A DNA stretch of 32,000 nt from Muricoprocola aceti (GTDB lineage Bacteria > Bacillota > Clostridia > Lachnospirales > Lachnospiraceae): positions 174 to 32,173 of the forward strand of contig NZ_JAOQKE010000006.1 of NCBI RefSeq assembly GCF_025567005.1. The letters run 5' to 3'. Below, piece by piece: positions 8,340 through 16,611 of this stretch; position 1 is the first letter of the stretch; each line of letters begins with the position of its first letter. The notes under the pieces were generated by a model, which saw only the letters and a list, made by a program, of their open reading frames with translations, did no database searches and was not told the origin of the DNA. The position numbers and the translations under genes are program-made.

Positions 8340-9400
8340 ACCAAGTATCCTCCCAGCAGCATAAACAGAAAAACAGCCACAAACACACCCAAAAACAGTT
8401 GCAGAACCTTCTTTTTATCAACAGGGAGTTCCCCGCTGATTTTTCTGGTCTGTCCATTCATTGCATAATAATAGATCTTGTCATTTTTTCCACGATAAGT
8501 AAGCACCCAGACAGGAACCAGCAGATATTTCCAGTTTTCACCCAGTAAATGGAACTGATCAGATACTGATGTTACAGTATCATATCCCTGTATACTGGAT
8601 CTTACCATATCGGATGAGTGCTTCTTCACTTCCTGATGTAGTTCTTCTACCAGATCTTTTTTTTCAATATCTCTTTTTTCTGCCTGAAAACCAGAAAGAT
8701 ATTCCATGGAAAAATCCTTCGTCTCCTCCAATCGGAATGGCTGCACAGCTTCTACCAGCTGTCTGTTTTCTTTGTTCAGTGCATTCCTGGTCAGTTCTTC
8801 AAACCCTACTTCTGCCGATCTTTCCAGACGATAAATCTTTGTCTCTGTATGCTCCATATCACCAGTTCGATAGATACGGATCCTTTTGGCTTCTCCCTGC
8901 CAGTCCCCTTCTGTTTTGCAGTCATATTCCCAGAACGGGAAATAAACTCCACTTATCTTTTCTATCTGCTCCTTGCAGAAGAAATCCCTGGGAATGAATC
9001 TCTTTTTCTTTACAAACTTCAGGAATTCATCTACAGCTTCTTTTTTACTAACCGCAAAGGGAATGATTTTTTCCGGTCGATATTCTCCTGACAGCTTTCC
9101 CTGAAGAATCACTGGATTATGACAATAAAAGCAAAATGTCGCAGCTGTTGTGGCATCTGTTACAATCTCCGCTCCGCAGCTTGGGCACTGATACAGGGAC
9201 GCTTCGCTCCCTGCATCAGTCTCTGCTTTGTACTGTGCTGTCTCCCCTGAGCCATCTTCTCCTTCTTTTTCTGGATTTGCTGCCTCTACCTCTTCCCTTG
9301 AAAATACGGAAGAACAGTATTCGCACTTAAACTTCTGAGTGCCTGGATCAAACTGCAGATCTCCGCCACAATTCGGGCACTTATAACTGACTGCTGCCAT
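8333..9400 (-). CDS. double zinc-ribbon, C-terminally membrane-anchored protein (YdjG-like)
   Basis: 355-aa ORF. Zinc ribbon 1 is YKCPNCGG...FKCEYCSS. Zinc ribbon 2 is YQCPSCGA...FCFYCHNP. An acidic linker lies between them. Central domain contains IIPFAVSK...GVYFPFWEYD. Single C-terminal TM segment LQLFLGVFVAVFLFMLLGGYLVW. SD is GAGGTGA. Confidence 0.8.
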   Translation of the reverse strand: MAAVSYKCPNCGGDLQFDPGTQKFKCEYCSSVFSREEVEAANPEKEGEDGSGETAQYKAETDAGSEASLYQCPSCGAEIVTDATTAATFCFYCHNPVILQGKLSGEYRPEKIIPFAVSKKEAVDEFLKFVKKKRFIPRDFFCKEQIEKISGVYFPFWEYDCKTEGDWQGEAKRIRIYRTGDMEHTETKIYRLERSAEVGFEELTRNALNKENRQLVEAVQPFRLEETKDFSMEYLSGFQAEKRDIEKKDLVEELHQEVKKHSSDMVRSSIQGYDTVTSVSDQFHLLGENWKYLLVPVWVLTYRGKNDKIYYYAMNGQTRKISGELPVDKKKVLQLFLGVFVAVFLFMLLGGYLVW

Positions 9401-9410
9401 TTTTCACCTC

Positions 9411-10616
9411 TTATGCCCGTGGCTTTCCGCAATTGCAGCAGAAATTGCCTTTATTGACCGTTCCGCAGGAACAGGTCCAGTCTGAGGATGGTTTTGGTTT
9501 ACCGCAATTCGAACAGAAATTACCAGTATTAGAAGCTCCGCAGGAACAGGTCCATCCTGACGGCTGTGCCTGATTCATCTGCTGTTGCATATTCGCCTGC
9601 TGCTGCGCCATCTGATTCATCTGCATCTGCTGCATATTGGTCTGAGATGCCTGATTCATAAATCCTCCGGTTGCTCCCATGCCCATTCCCATGCCCATAA
9701 AGCCAGTTGCTGCTCCATTGGCATTCGAACCTGCTGCTTCCATTCCCCGTGCAATAGAAGACTGTACAAATCCTTCTCTTACTGATGGATCCGACATCAT
9801 AGCCCCCTGATTTCTCATATTAATCAGTTTCTGCGATTCTTCATCGTAGGAAATGCTGGCAATTCCCACTGCCTGAATCTCCATGCCACGCTGTTGTGTC
9901 CACTGTGTATCCAGCACATCCGCCATGTAACGTCCCAGTTCCATAGCCTTGGATGTCACAAAAGAAATACGCATACCTTCAGCAGACATCCGATTGATCG
10001 CTGACTGAAGAGCTTCCAGGAACTCACTGCGGTACTGATCATTGATCTCTTCTATCTCCACACGCTGCGCATTTTTTGGTACCACTTCAGCATAAAACTT
10101 CAGCGGATCTGTTATCTTGATAGAATAGGTACCATGTGCACGCAGAAACAGTTCTGCATTATAGAAACTATCGAAATAGTTCACCGCATTGCGAGTTCCA
10201 AACTTAATTCCCTTAATCTCCTGCAGATTGATATAAAATACCTTCTGGGACATTGGTGTCGTTCCGCCAAATTTAAATCTGGAAAAAGTCTCCTTCAGTG
10301 CTTCATCAAACTGCCCATTGAACATAGACGGGGCTGAAGAATTGCTGACTGTGTAGTATCCCGGTTCTGCTGTATAATCGATGATCTTTCCACCATCTAC
10401 CAGTATCATAAACTGATTGTCATATACATGGATCACAGAACCGTCGGAAATCACATCTGTGGTCGGTCTGTTTGATCCTTTTCTGACCATCACTCCTCTG
10501 GTGAATACGGTCTGGGCATCCATTTCTTCTGGCTCAATTGCTTCCAAAAACTGATCCTGAAATCCTGATTTTACGGTTCCTGCTGCCGCTCCAATCGCTG
10601 TTCTGATAATTCCCAT
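9411..10616 (-). CDS. SPFH/Band-7-like protein with C-terminal zinc ribbons (COG4260, YdjI-like)
   Basis: 401-aa ORF. The N-terminal ~290 aa (GIIRTAIGAA...FLEAIE...FMILVDGGKIIDY...YINLQEIKGIKFGT...) resemble the soluble SPFH family exemplified by B. subtilis YdjI. A Met/Gln-rich tail and two CxC...CxxC zinc ribbons follow. An AGGAGG SD directly abuts the prfB stop codon. Confidence 0.8.
   Translation of the reverse strand: MGIIRTAIGAAAGTVKSGFQDQFLEAIEPEEMDAQTVFTRGVMVRKGSNRPTTDVISDGSVIHVYDNQFMILVDGGKIIDYTAEPGYYTVSNSSAPSMFNGQFDEALKETFSRFKFGGTTPMSQKVFYINLQEIKGIKFGTRNAVNYFDSFYNAELFLRAHGTYSIKITDPLKFYAEVVPKNAQRVEIEEINDQYRSEFLEALQSAINRMSAEGMRISFVTSKAMELGRYMADVLDTQWTQQRGMEIQAVGIASISYDEESQKLINMRNQGAMMSDPSVREGFVQSSIARGMEAAGSNANGAATGFMGMGMGMGATGGFMNQASQTNMQQMQMNQMAQQQANMQQQMNQAQPSGWTCSCGASNTGNFCSNCGKPKPSSDWTCSCGTVNKGNFCCNCGKPRA
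9414..9554 (-). repeat. 75-bp tandem coding duplication (two zinc-ribbon units)
   Basis: 17-nt exact repeat ccgcaggaacaggtcca at 9463..9479 and 9538..9554. ccgcaatt recurs at 9427 and 9502. Period is 75 nt (25 codons). Encodes WTCSCGASNTGNFCSNCGKPKPSSD and WTCSCGTVNKGNFCCNCGKPRA. The copies are roughly three-quarters identical by eye. Confidence 0.85.
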
Positions 10617-10628
10617 CTTTATCCTCCT

Positions 10629-11757
10629 TTACTGCTGCTCCTCTTCTTCATTTCCGAGGGCAATCCATTTTAAATATGCATTGATAAAAAGATCAATGTT
10701 TCCATCCATAACACTGTCCACATTACCGGTTTCTGCATTCGTTCTGTGATCTTTTACCATGGTGTACGGCTGCATCACATAAGAACGAATCTGATTTCCC
10801 CAGCCCATTTCTTTCTTTTCACCTCGAATACCGGATACCTTCTCTGCATTTTCCTGCTGCTTCAACAGGTACAGTTTTGCTTTCAGCATCTGCATTGCTT
10901 TGTCTTTATTCTGAAACTGTGAACGTTCATTCTGACACTGTACCACAATCCCGGTTGGTATATGCGTAATACGGATTGCGGAAGAAGTCTTGTTGATATG
11001 CTGTCCACCAGCTCCACTGGAGCGGTAAGTATCAATACGAATATCATCGTCCCTGATCTCCACATCCAGATCTTCCTCAATATCTGGCATCACATCACAC
11101 TGTACGAAAGAAGTCTGACGTTTTCCTGCCGCATTAAACGGAGAAATACGCACCAGACGATGCACGCCTTTTTCGGACTTCAGATATCCGTAAGCATTTT
11201 CCCCACGTACTTCAAAAGTCACAGACTTGATTCCGGCCTCATCTCCATCCAGATAATCAATCACTTCTACTTCATAGCCCTTTTTATCCGCCCATCTGGT
11301 ATACATACGATACAACATACCTGCCCAGTCGCAGGATTCGGTACCACCAGCTCCCGCATGGAGAGATACAATCGCATTCGCATTATCGTATTCACCAGAA
11401 AGTAATGTCTTGATTCTAATGTTGTCAAACGAAGCCATAAACTCATCCAGTGTTGTCTGAATCTCCTCAATCAGAGAGGCATCATTTTCCTCTTCTGCCA
11501 TCTCAATGAGCGTCTCAATCTCCTCATACTGTTCCTGAAGAGTATGATAAGTTGCAATATCATCCTTCATGGATTTTAGTTTTTTCATCATCTCCTGGGA
11601 CTGTTCAGGATCATCCCAAAAGCCAGGCTCTTCCATTTTTCGTTCTAATTCTTCGATTCGCTTTTCCTTATTAGCCAGGTCAAAGTGAATCCCTCACTTC
11701 CAGTAATGGTTTTTCATATGTGCCAAGCGTATACTTGAACTGATCTAATTCGACCAC
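10629..11757 (-). CDS. prfB: peptide chain release factor 2, requires programmed +1 frameshift
   Basis: Frame 1 runs from GTG 11757 (SD GAAGGTGA 11769..11762), encodes VVELDQFKYTLGTYEKPLLEVRDSL, and stops at TGA 11682..11680. Shifting +1 at CTT TGA C gives [24 protein letters not shown], continuous with the 10629..11636 ORF. That ORF carries the RF2 SPF motif (RISPFNAAGKRQT) and the GGQ motif (SGAGGQHINKT). Confidence 0.93.
11679..11697 (-). promoter_or_regulatory. RF2 autoregulatory +1 frameshift site
   Basis: Minus strand reads GTG AGG GAT TCA CTT TGA C. This has the same layout as the E. coli AGGGGGTATCTTTGAC site: an internal SD-like GAGGGA, a short spacer, the slippery CTT, an in-frame TGA, then C. 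Confidence 0.9.
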
Positions 11758-11785
11758 TCTGTCACCTTCTTTCCTTAAACTGAAA

Positions 11786-11824
11786 GCAGACTGCAACAGG
11801 CAGTTTCTGTCTGCGGCAGTCTGC
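11786..11824 (-). other. extended stem-loop between secA stop and prfB RBS
   Basis: Perfect 9-bp arms, gcagactgc (11786..11794) and gcagtctgc (11816..11824). An inner helix (caggcag/ctgtctg) is interrupted by a C-A mismatch on the minus-strand RNA. On the minus strand it is followed by TTTCAGTTT, which is only weakly U-rich. Confidence 0.5.
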
Positions 11825-11831
11825 ATCACTT

Positions 11832-14387
11832 TTATTTTTTTCGTCCGCAGCACTGTTTGTATTTCTTTCCGCTGCCGCATGGGCACGGATCATTCGGATA
11901 AATCTTTTCCTCCGCACGCTTCTTTGGTGCGTTGGCAACTGTATCATCCTTGTTGGTTCCGGTTACTTTCGCTACTTCCTCACGTTCTACCTTTTCTTCC
12001 ACACGTACATGGAAGATCAGTCTTAAGGTATCCTCCTGAATACCGGACAGCATCTCATCAAACATCTCAAATCCACTCATCTTGTATTCTACCAGTGGAT
12101 CCTTCTGGCCATATGCCTGGAGTCCGATTCCCTGACGGAGCTGATCCATATCATCAATGTGATCCATCCATTTACGGTCAATGACTTTCAGAATAACCAC
12201 ACGTTCGAATTCACGCATTTCATCCAATGTCGGGAAGATCTTCTCTTTTTCTTCGTAAAGTGCAACTGCTTCTTTTTCCAGCTTAGCTTTCAAATCAGAT
12301 ACGCTCATCTTCGCATCTTCTTCCGTCAAAGGCTGAACCGGGATAATCGGAAGCAGGATACGGTTCAGTTCGTTGATGTTCATGCCATTCTCTACTTCAT
12401 TGCACATATCCACGTACTTCTCTGATACATCGCGGATCATCTTCAGCACGGAATCTCTCATGCTTTCACCGTCCAGTACACGGCGTCTCTCTTTGTAAAT
12501 GATCTCACGCTGTTCGTTGTTCACCTGGTCGTATTCCAGCAGATTCTTACGAATTCCGTAGTTATTGGTCTCAATCTTCTCCTGTGCCTTCTCAATAGCA
12601 GAAGAAAGCATCTTATGTTCGATCTGTTCATTCTCTGCTACGCCAAGAGAACGGAACATATTCATCAGACGTTCAGAACCAAACAGTCTCATCAGATCAT
12701 CTTCCAGCGAAATGTAGAATCTGGATTCTCCAGGATCTCCCTGTCGGCCGGAACGTCCACGCAGCTGATTATCAATACGTCTGGATTCATGACGTTCCGT
12801 ACCAATGATCTTCAATCCACCCAGTTCCTTTGAAATATCATCCAGCTTGATATCGGTACCACGGCCGGCCATGTTAGTTGCAATGGTAACAGCTCCATGT
12901 ACACCGGCATCTGCTACGATCTCTGCTTCCAGTTCATGGAACTTGGCATTCAGAACTTTATGTGGAATGCCCCTCTTTTTCAGCATACCACTCAGAAGCT
13001 CAGAAATATCAATGGTAATCGTACCAACCAGAACCGGCTGTCCCTTTGCATGGGCCTTTTCAATCTCATCTACAACAGCACGGTATTTCTCTTTCTTGGT
13101 CATGTAAACCGCATCATCCAGGTCGATTCGGGCTACTGGTCTGTTCGTCGGAATCACAACAACGTCCATACCGTAAATATCACGGAACTCTTTTTCCTCG
13201 GTAAGTGCGGTACCTGTCATACCAGACTTCTTATCGTATTTATTGAAAAAGTTCTGGAAAGTGATGGTAGCCAGGGTCTTACTTTCCCGTTTTACCTTAA
13301 CATGCTCTTTTGCCTCAATCGCCTGATGCAGGCCATCCGAATAACGTCTTCCCGGCATGATACGTCCGGTAAACTCATCAACGATCATAACCTGATCGTC
13401 TTTTACCACGTAATCCTGATCACGGAACATCAGATAATTGGCACGCAGAGCCAGATCCACGTTGTGCTGAATCTCCAGATTCTCTGCATCTGCCAGGTTC
13501 TCGATATTGAAAAACTTCTCTACTTTTTCTACACCCTGCTGTGTCAGGGTTACGACTTTATCCTTCTCATTGACAATAAAGTCACCGGTCTCTGTGATCT
13601 CTTCACCCATGATGGCTGTCATCTTGGTCACTTCTCCACTGGCTTCACCCTTCTGGAGCTGGCGGGCCAGGATATCTGCCACTTCATACAGTCTGGTAGA
13701 CTTGCCACTCTGACCGGAAATAATCAGAGGTGTTCTGGCTTCATCGATCAATACCGAGTCCACCTCATCAATGATGGCATAATGAAGATCTCTCTGTACC
13801 AGCTGCTCTTTATAAATTACCATGTTGTCACGAAGGTAATCAAATCCCAGTTCGTTGTTGGTGATATAGGTAATATCACAGGCGTACTGCTTCCGACGCT
13901 CATCGTTGTCCATATCATTCAATACCACACCTACGGTCAGGCCGAGGAATTCATGGACTTTTCCCATCCATTCTGCATCTCGCTTTGCCAGATAGTCATT
14001 GACGGTAACGATGTGAACTCCCTTTCCTTCCAGTGCATTCAGATAAGCCGGAAGTGTAGAAACAAGGGTCTTACCTTCACCGGTTCTCATCTCTGCGATA
14101 CGTCCCTGGTGAAGAATGATACCACCGATGATCTGTACACGGTAGTGCTCCAGTCCAATGGCACGCTTTGCACCCTCACGGACAGTGGCATATGCTTCCG
14201 GAAGCAGATCATCCAGTGTCTCTCCATTTGCCAGTCTGTCCTTATATTCCTGCGTCTTTGCGCGAAGCTGTTCGTCAGTCAGAGCCTGCATGGTCGGACG
14301 AAGTGCTTCTACTTTATCAACCAGCGGCATGATTCTCTTAAGCTCACGATCGCTGTGTGTACCAAACACTTTTTCAATAAAATTCAT
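11832..14387 (-). CDS. secA: preprotein translocase ATPase SecA
   Basis: 851-aa ORF with Walker [14 protein letters not shown] box [21 protein letters not shown], and the C-terminal zinc-binding tail [16 protein letters not shown] is AGGAGAG. Confidence 0.97.
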   Translation of the reverse strand: MNFIEKVFGTHSDRELKRIMPLVDKVEALRPTMQALTDEQLRAKTQEYKDRLANGETLDDLLPEAYATVREGAKRAIGLEHYRVQIIGGIILHQGRIAEMRTGEGKTLVSTLPAYLNALEGKGVHIVTVNDYLAKRDAEWMGKVHEFLGLTVGVVLNDMDNDERRKQYACDITYITNNELGFDYLRDNMVIYKEQLVQRDLHYAIIDEVDSVLIDEARTPLIISGQSGKSTRLYEVADILARQLQKGEASGEVTKMTAIMGEEITETGDFIVNEKDKVVTLTQQGVEKVEKFFNIENLADAENLEIQHNVDLALRANYLMFRDQDYVVKDDQVMIVDEFTGRIMPGRRYSDGLHQAIEAKEHVKVKRESKTLATITFQNFFNKYDKKSGMTGTALTEEKEFRDIYGMDVVVIPTNRPVARIDLDDAVYMTKKEKYRAVVDEIEKAHAKGQPVLVGTITIDISELLSGMLKKRGIPHKVLNAKFHELEAEIVADAGVHGAVTIATNMAGRGTDIKLDDISKELGGLKIIGTERHESRRIDNQLRGRSGRQGDPGESRFYISLEDDLMRLFGSERLMNMFRSLGVAENEQIEHKMLSSAIEKAQEKIETNNYGIRKNLLEYDQVNNEQREIIYKERRRVLDGESMRDSVLKMIRDVSEKYVDMCNEVENGMNINELNRILLPIIPVQPLTEEDAKMSVSDLKAKLEKEAVALYEEKEKIFPTLDEMREFERVVILKVIDRKWMDHIDDMDQLRQGIGLQAYGQKDPLVEYKMSGFEMFDEMLSGIQEDTLRLIFHVRVEEKVEREEVAKVTGTNKDDTVANAPKKRAEEKIYPNDPCPCGSGKKYKQCCGRKK

Positions 14388-14453
14388 TCTTACTCTCCTA
14401 AGTCATTTTGCATTAATTGCAGGGTCGATAATCTCCTGCACATACTACCCATT

Positions 14454-14482
14454 ATCTTAACACTATTCCTGTTTTTACACAA
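14454..14482 (-). promoter_or_regulatory. candidate secA promoter
   Basis: Minus strand reads TTGTGT (14482..14477), 17 nt, TGt-TAAGAT (-10 at 14459..14454). A roughly 60-nt leader contains a 6-bp hairpin TGCAGG/CCTGCA (14418..14440). Confidence 0.4.
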
Positions 14483-14508
14483 TAAATATTTTATAAAGTG
14501 TTCTTTTT

Positions 14509-14537
14509 TTGACACTCCCATGAAAGTATGTTAAAAT
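14509..14537 (+). promoter_or_regulatory. hpf promoter
   Basis: TTGACA (14509..14514), 17 nt, TGt-TAAAAT (-10 at 14532..14537). The SD AAAGGGGG follows, with the ATG at 14579. Confidence 0.65.
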
Positions 14538-14578
14538 AGAGTTACCAAAAAACTATCGTTTTAAAGGGGGCTGAACAT

Positions 14579-15109
14579 ATGAAGTTTATCATCAGCGGAA
14601 GAAATCTGGAGGTTTCAGAGGGACTAAAAAACAGCGTAATTGACAAGCTGGGAAGACTGGAACGGTATTTTACACCGGACACAGAAGTGAATGTGACCAT
14701 GAGCATAGAAAAGGAGCGTCAGAAGATTGAAGTTACCATCCCGGTAAAGGGGCATATCATCCGTTCTGAACAGGTCAGCAATGATATGTATGTTTCCATT
14801 GATCTGGTAGAAGAAGTCATTGAACGTCAGCTTCGCAAATATAAAAATAAACTGGTAGCCAAACAGCAGGATGGCGGCAATTTCCGCAGAGAGTTCCTGG
14901 AAAAAGAAGATACCATCGAACCGGAAGAGATCAGGATCATCCGTACCAAGGAGATCGAGATGAAGCCGATGTATCCAGAAGACGCCTGCATCCAGATGGA
15001 ACTTTTAGGTCACAATTTTTACATGTTCCATAATGCAGAAACCGACGAAGTAAATGTGGTGTACAAGCGTAAAGGCGGCACCTATGGAATGATTGTTCCG
15101 GAGAATTAA
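14579..15109 (+). CDS. hpf: ribosome hibernation promoting factor (long HPF)
   Basis: 176-aa ORF. N-terminal YfiA/S30AE domain (MKFIISGRNLEVSEGLKNSVIDKLGRLERYF) plus the C-terminal dimerisation domain typical of long HPF (KPMYPEDACIQMELLGHNFYMFHN...VVYKRKGGTYGMI). Confidence 0.95.
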   Translation: MKFIISGRNLEVSEGLKNSVIDKLGRLERYFTPDTEVNVTMSIEKERQKIEVTIPVKGHIIRSEQVSNDMYVSIDLVEEVIERQLRKYKNKLVAKQQDGGNFRREFLEKEDTIEPEEIRIIRTKEIEMKPMYPEDACIQMELLGHNFYMFHNAETDEVNVVYKRKGGTYGMIVPEN

Positions 15110-15122
15110 TTATGCAAAAGCA

Positions 15123-15152
15123 ATCCCGTGGGATTCGTCCCACGGGATTTTT
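15123..15152. terminator. bidirectional intrinsic terminator between convergent hpf and hisA
   Basis: 11-bp perfect stem atcccgtggga / tcccacgggat with loop ttcg. TTTTT follows on the plus strand, and TTGCTTTTGC follows on the minus strand. Confidence 0.85.
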
Positions 15153-15187
15153 GTTCATGACAATCGTATGTTCGCACAGCGTGTATT

Positions 15188-15970
15188 CTATTGTTTATTT
15201 CTACATAGTTCCAGTACTTTCCGGTATGCCATTTGCCCCCCAAAAAGATCCAGCGCACTTCCAACAGTCACATTGACATGATTCTGCCCCAGTTCTTTCA
15301 GTATATGAATATCTTCATAGGAGCCCACGCCTCCTGCATAAGTAACAGGAATCTGCTTCCACTCTCCCAACATCCTGACCAATGGTTTTTCTATGCCAGA
15401 TGCCTTTCCTTCCACATCTACTGCATGGATCAGGAATTCACTGCAGCTGTCTGCCAGTTCATCCAGCACTTCTTTTGTCAGCACCACATTCGTAAACTTC
15501 TGCCAACGATCAGTTACAATATAATACGCATCCATCTTTTTTCTGCAGCTCAGATCCAGAACCAGATGTTCTTTTCCAACTGTGTGTTTTAATTTTTCCA
15601 GATTCTCATAATTGATCTGTCCATCTTTGAATACATAGCTGGTGACGATTACATGAGATGCTCCTGCTTTTAAAAACTCTGCCGCATTTTCTGCGCAGAT
15701 TCCGCCACCGATCTGAAGCCCGCCCGGATATGCTTTCAACGCCTGCATAGCCTGTTCTTTCGTCTTTTCATAATATTCAGAATCTCTGGAATTTAACAAA
15801 ATCACATGGCCTCCCTGAATACAGTCTTTTTTATAGAACTCTGCATAAAAAGACGCATCCTGTTCTGCCACGAAGTTCTCTTTTGCCCGATCTCCCTGAT
15901 CCTGCAGCGAGCCTCCTACGATCTGTTTAACTTTTCCATTATGTATATCAATGCATGGTCTGAATTCCAT
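15188..15970 (-). CDS. hisA: ProFAR isomerase HisA, eukaryote-type (His6 family)
   Basis: MEFRPCIDIHNGKVKQIVGGSL...NFV...YAEFYKKD..QGGHVI.L...LQIGGGI...VIVTS..F......LVLDLSCRK......IV.D.WQ....EFLIHAVDVEG...GI...YAGG...FGG closely parallels yeast His6. The start is taken at ATG 15970 (SD GAGGTGA 5 nt upstream). The track ORF begins at GTG 16000. Confidence 0.88.
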   Translation of the reverse strand: MEFRPCIDIHNGKVKQIVGGSLQDQGDRAKENFVAEQDASFYAEFYKKDCIQGGHVILLNSRDSEYYEKTKEQAMQALKAYPGGLQIGGGICAENAAEFLKAGASHVIVTSYVFKDGQINYENLEKLKHTVGKEHLVLDLSCRKKMDAYYIVTDRWQKFTNVVLTKEVLDELADSCSEFLIHAVDVEGKASGIEKPLVRMLGEWKQIPVTYAGGVGSYEDIHILKELGQNHVNVTVGSALDLFGGQMAYRKVLELCRNKQ

Positions 15971-16120
15971 CCTGCTCACCTCATATCTTTCCATAGCCAC
16001 TCTTATTTTCTTTTATCTTATCATAGCCCATTTTAATTCTCCATGTTCTTTTTATATTATGGTAAAATTTTGTGATCTCATCTGTGAATATCTCAAAGAA
16101 ATATTCTGTTTTACATAATA

Positions 16121-16171
16121 AGACAGGATGCAAAGAGTTCTCAGATTTTGCTCCGCTTCCGCATCCTGTCT
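16121..16171 (-). terminator. terminator-like hairpin downstream of the lipoprotein gene
   Basis: 11-bp perfect arms, agacaggatgc (16121..16131) and gcatcctgtct (16161..16171), with a 29-nt loop. It begins 13 nt after the TAG stop. Only an imperfect U-rich tail (UAUUAUGUAAAA) follows on the minus strand. Confidence 0.45.
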
Positions 16172-16183
16172 CATTATTTCCTG

Positions 16184-16564
16184 CTACTGTACACCGGTAT
16201 TGGTATTTTCCGTATTCTCACTATCGATGCCGTCATCTGCCAGTCGGTCTACCGCATCTGCTGCCCCATCGATGATATCATCTCCAGCTTCCCCGATGCC
16301 TGCCCCCACATCTTCCAGCACACCACCATCGGCATTGTTATTTCCCTCATTCGAAGCATCATTATTTATTCGGTTGTTTTCTGCTCCATCATTTCGTATG
16401 GTATTATTTTCTGTTGTTTCATTCTTGATGGTATTATTATCCTTGACGCCTGTCGTGGTTTCTGTTCCGGCTGTATTATTATCATTATTTCCGCAGCCCA
16501 CCATCAGTGTACTGACTGCTATAGCCAGCAAACATCCTGTCAGAATCTTTTTTCCGTTTCTCAT
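16184..16564 (-). CDS. small Asn/Asp-rich lipoprotein, function unknown
   Basis: 126-aa ORF. Signal peptide with lipobox, MRNGKKILTGCLLAIAVSTLMVGC|G. SD is AAGGAGA with 7-nt spacing. The mature part is low-complexity: NNTIKNETTE / NNTIRNDGAE / NNRINNDASNEG repeats, then an acidic Gly/Asp/Ala segment. Confidence 0.75.
   Translation of the reverse strand: MRNGKKILTGCLLAIAVSTLMVGCGNNDNNTAGTETTTGVKDNNTIKNETTENNTIRNDGAENNRINNDASNEGNNNADGGVLEDVGAGIGEAGDDIIDGAADAVDRLADDGIDSENTENTNTGVQ
16359..16448 (-). repeat. three imperfect 30-bp tandem coding repeats
   Basis: tcatt-initiated units begin at 16359, 16389 and 16419. The two most similar units read tcatttcgtatggtattattttc and tcattcttgatggtattattatc. 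They encode the roughly 10-aa Asn-rich repeats of the lipoprotein. Confidence 0.6.
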
Positions 16565-16611
16565 AGCATTTCTCCTTTTCTTTTTAAGACTTGCCTGTCC
16601 TTCTTAATATC

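Noticed and set aside
11758-11947. Track ORFs 11680..11886 (68 aa) and 11762..11947 (61 aa) at the secA-prfB junction.
   Set aside because: The first is the real 25-codon prfB frame-0 segment, artificially extended upstream through the intergenic hairpin into the secA 3' end. The second is an alternative frame over the secA C-terminus. Neither is an independent gene.
12897-14534. 545-aa plus-strand ORF, the longest plus-strand ORF in the window.
   Set aside because: It lies entirely antisense to secA. Its sequence is Cys/Phe/Ile/His-rich nonsense with no motifs, no SD and no promoter. It is a typical stop-free shadow frame opposite a highly expressed gene.
15971-16000. Upstream non-ATG or weakly supported starts in the track: hisA GTG 16000, rpmE GTG 30198, hisC ATG 23334.
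   Set aside because: In each case a downstream ATG has a well-spaced SD (GAGGTGA, AGAGGTGA, AGGAGA) and yields the canonical family N-terminus. The upstream codon lies inside or before that SD.
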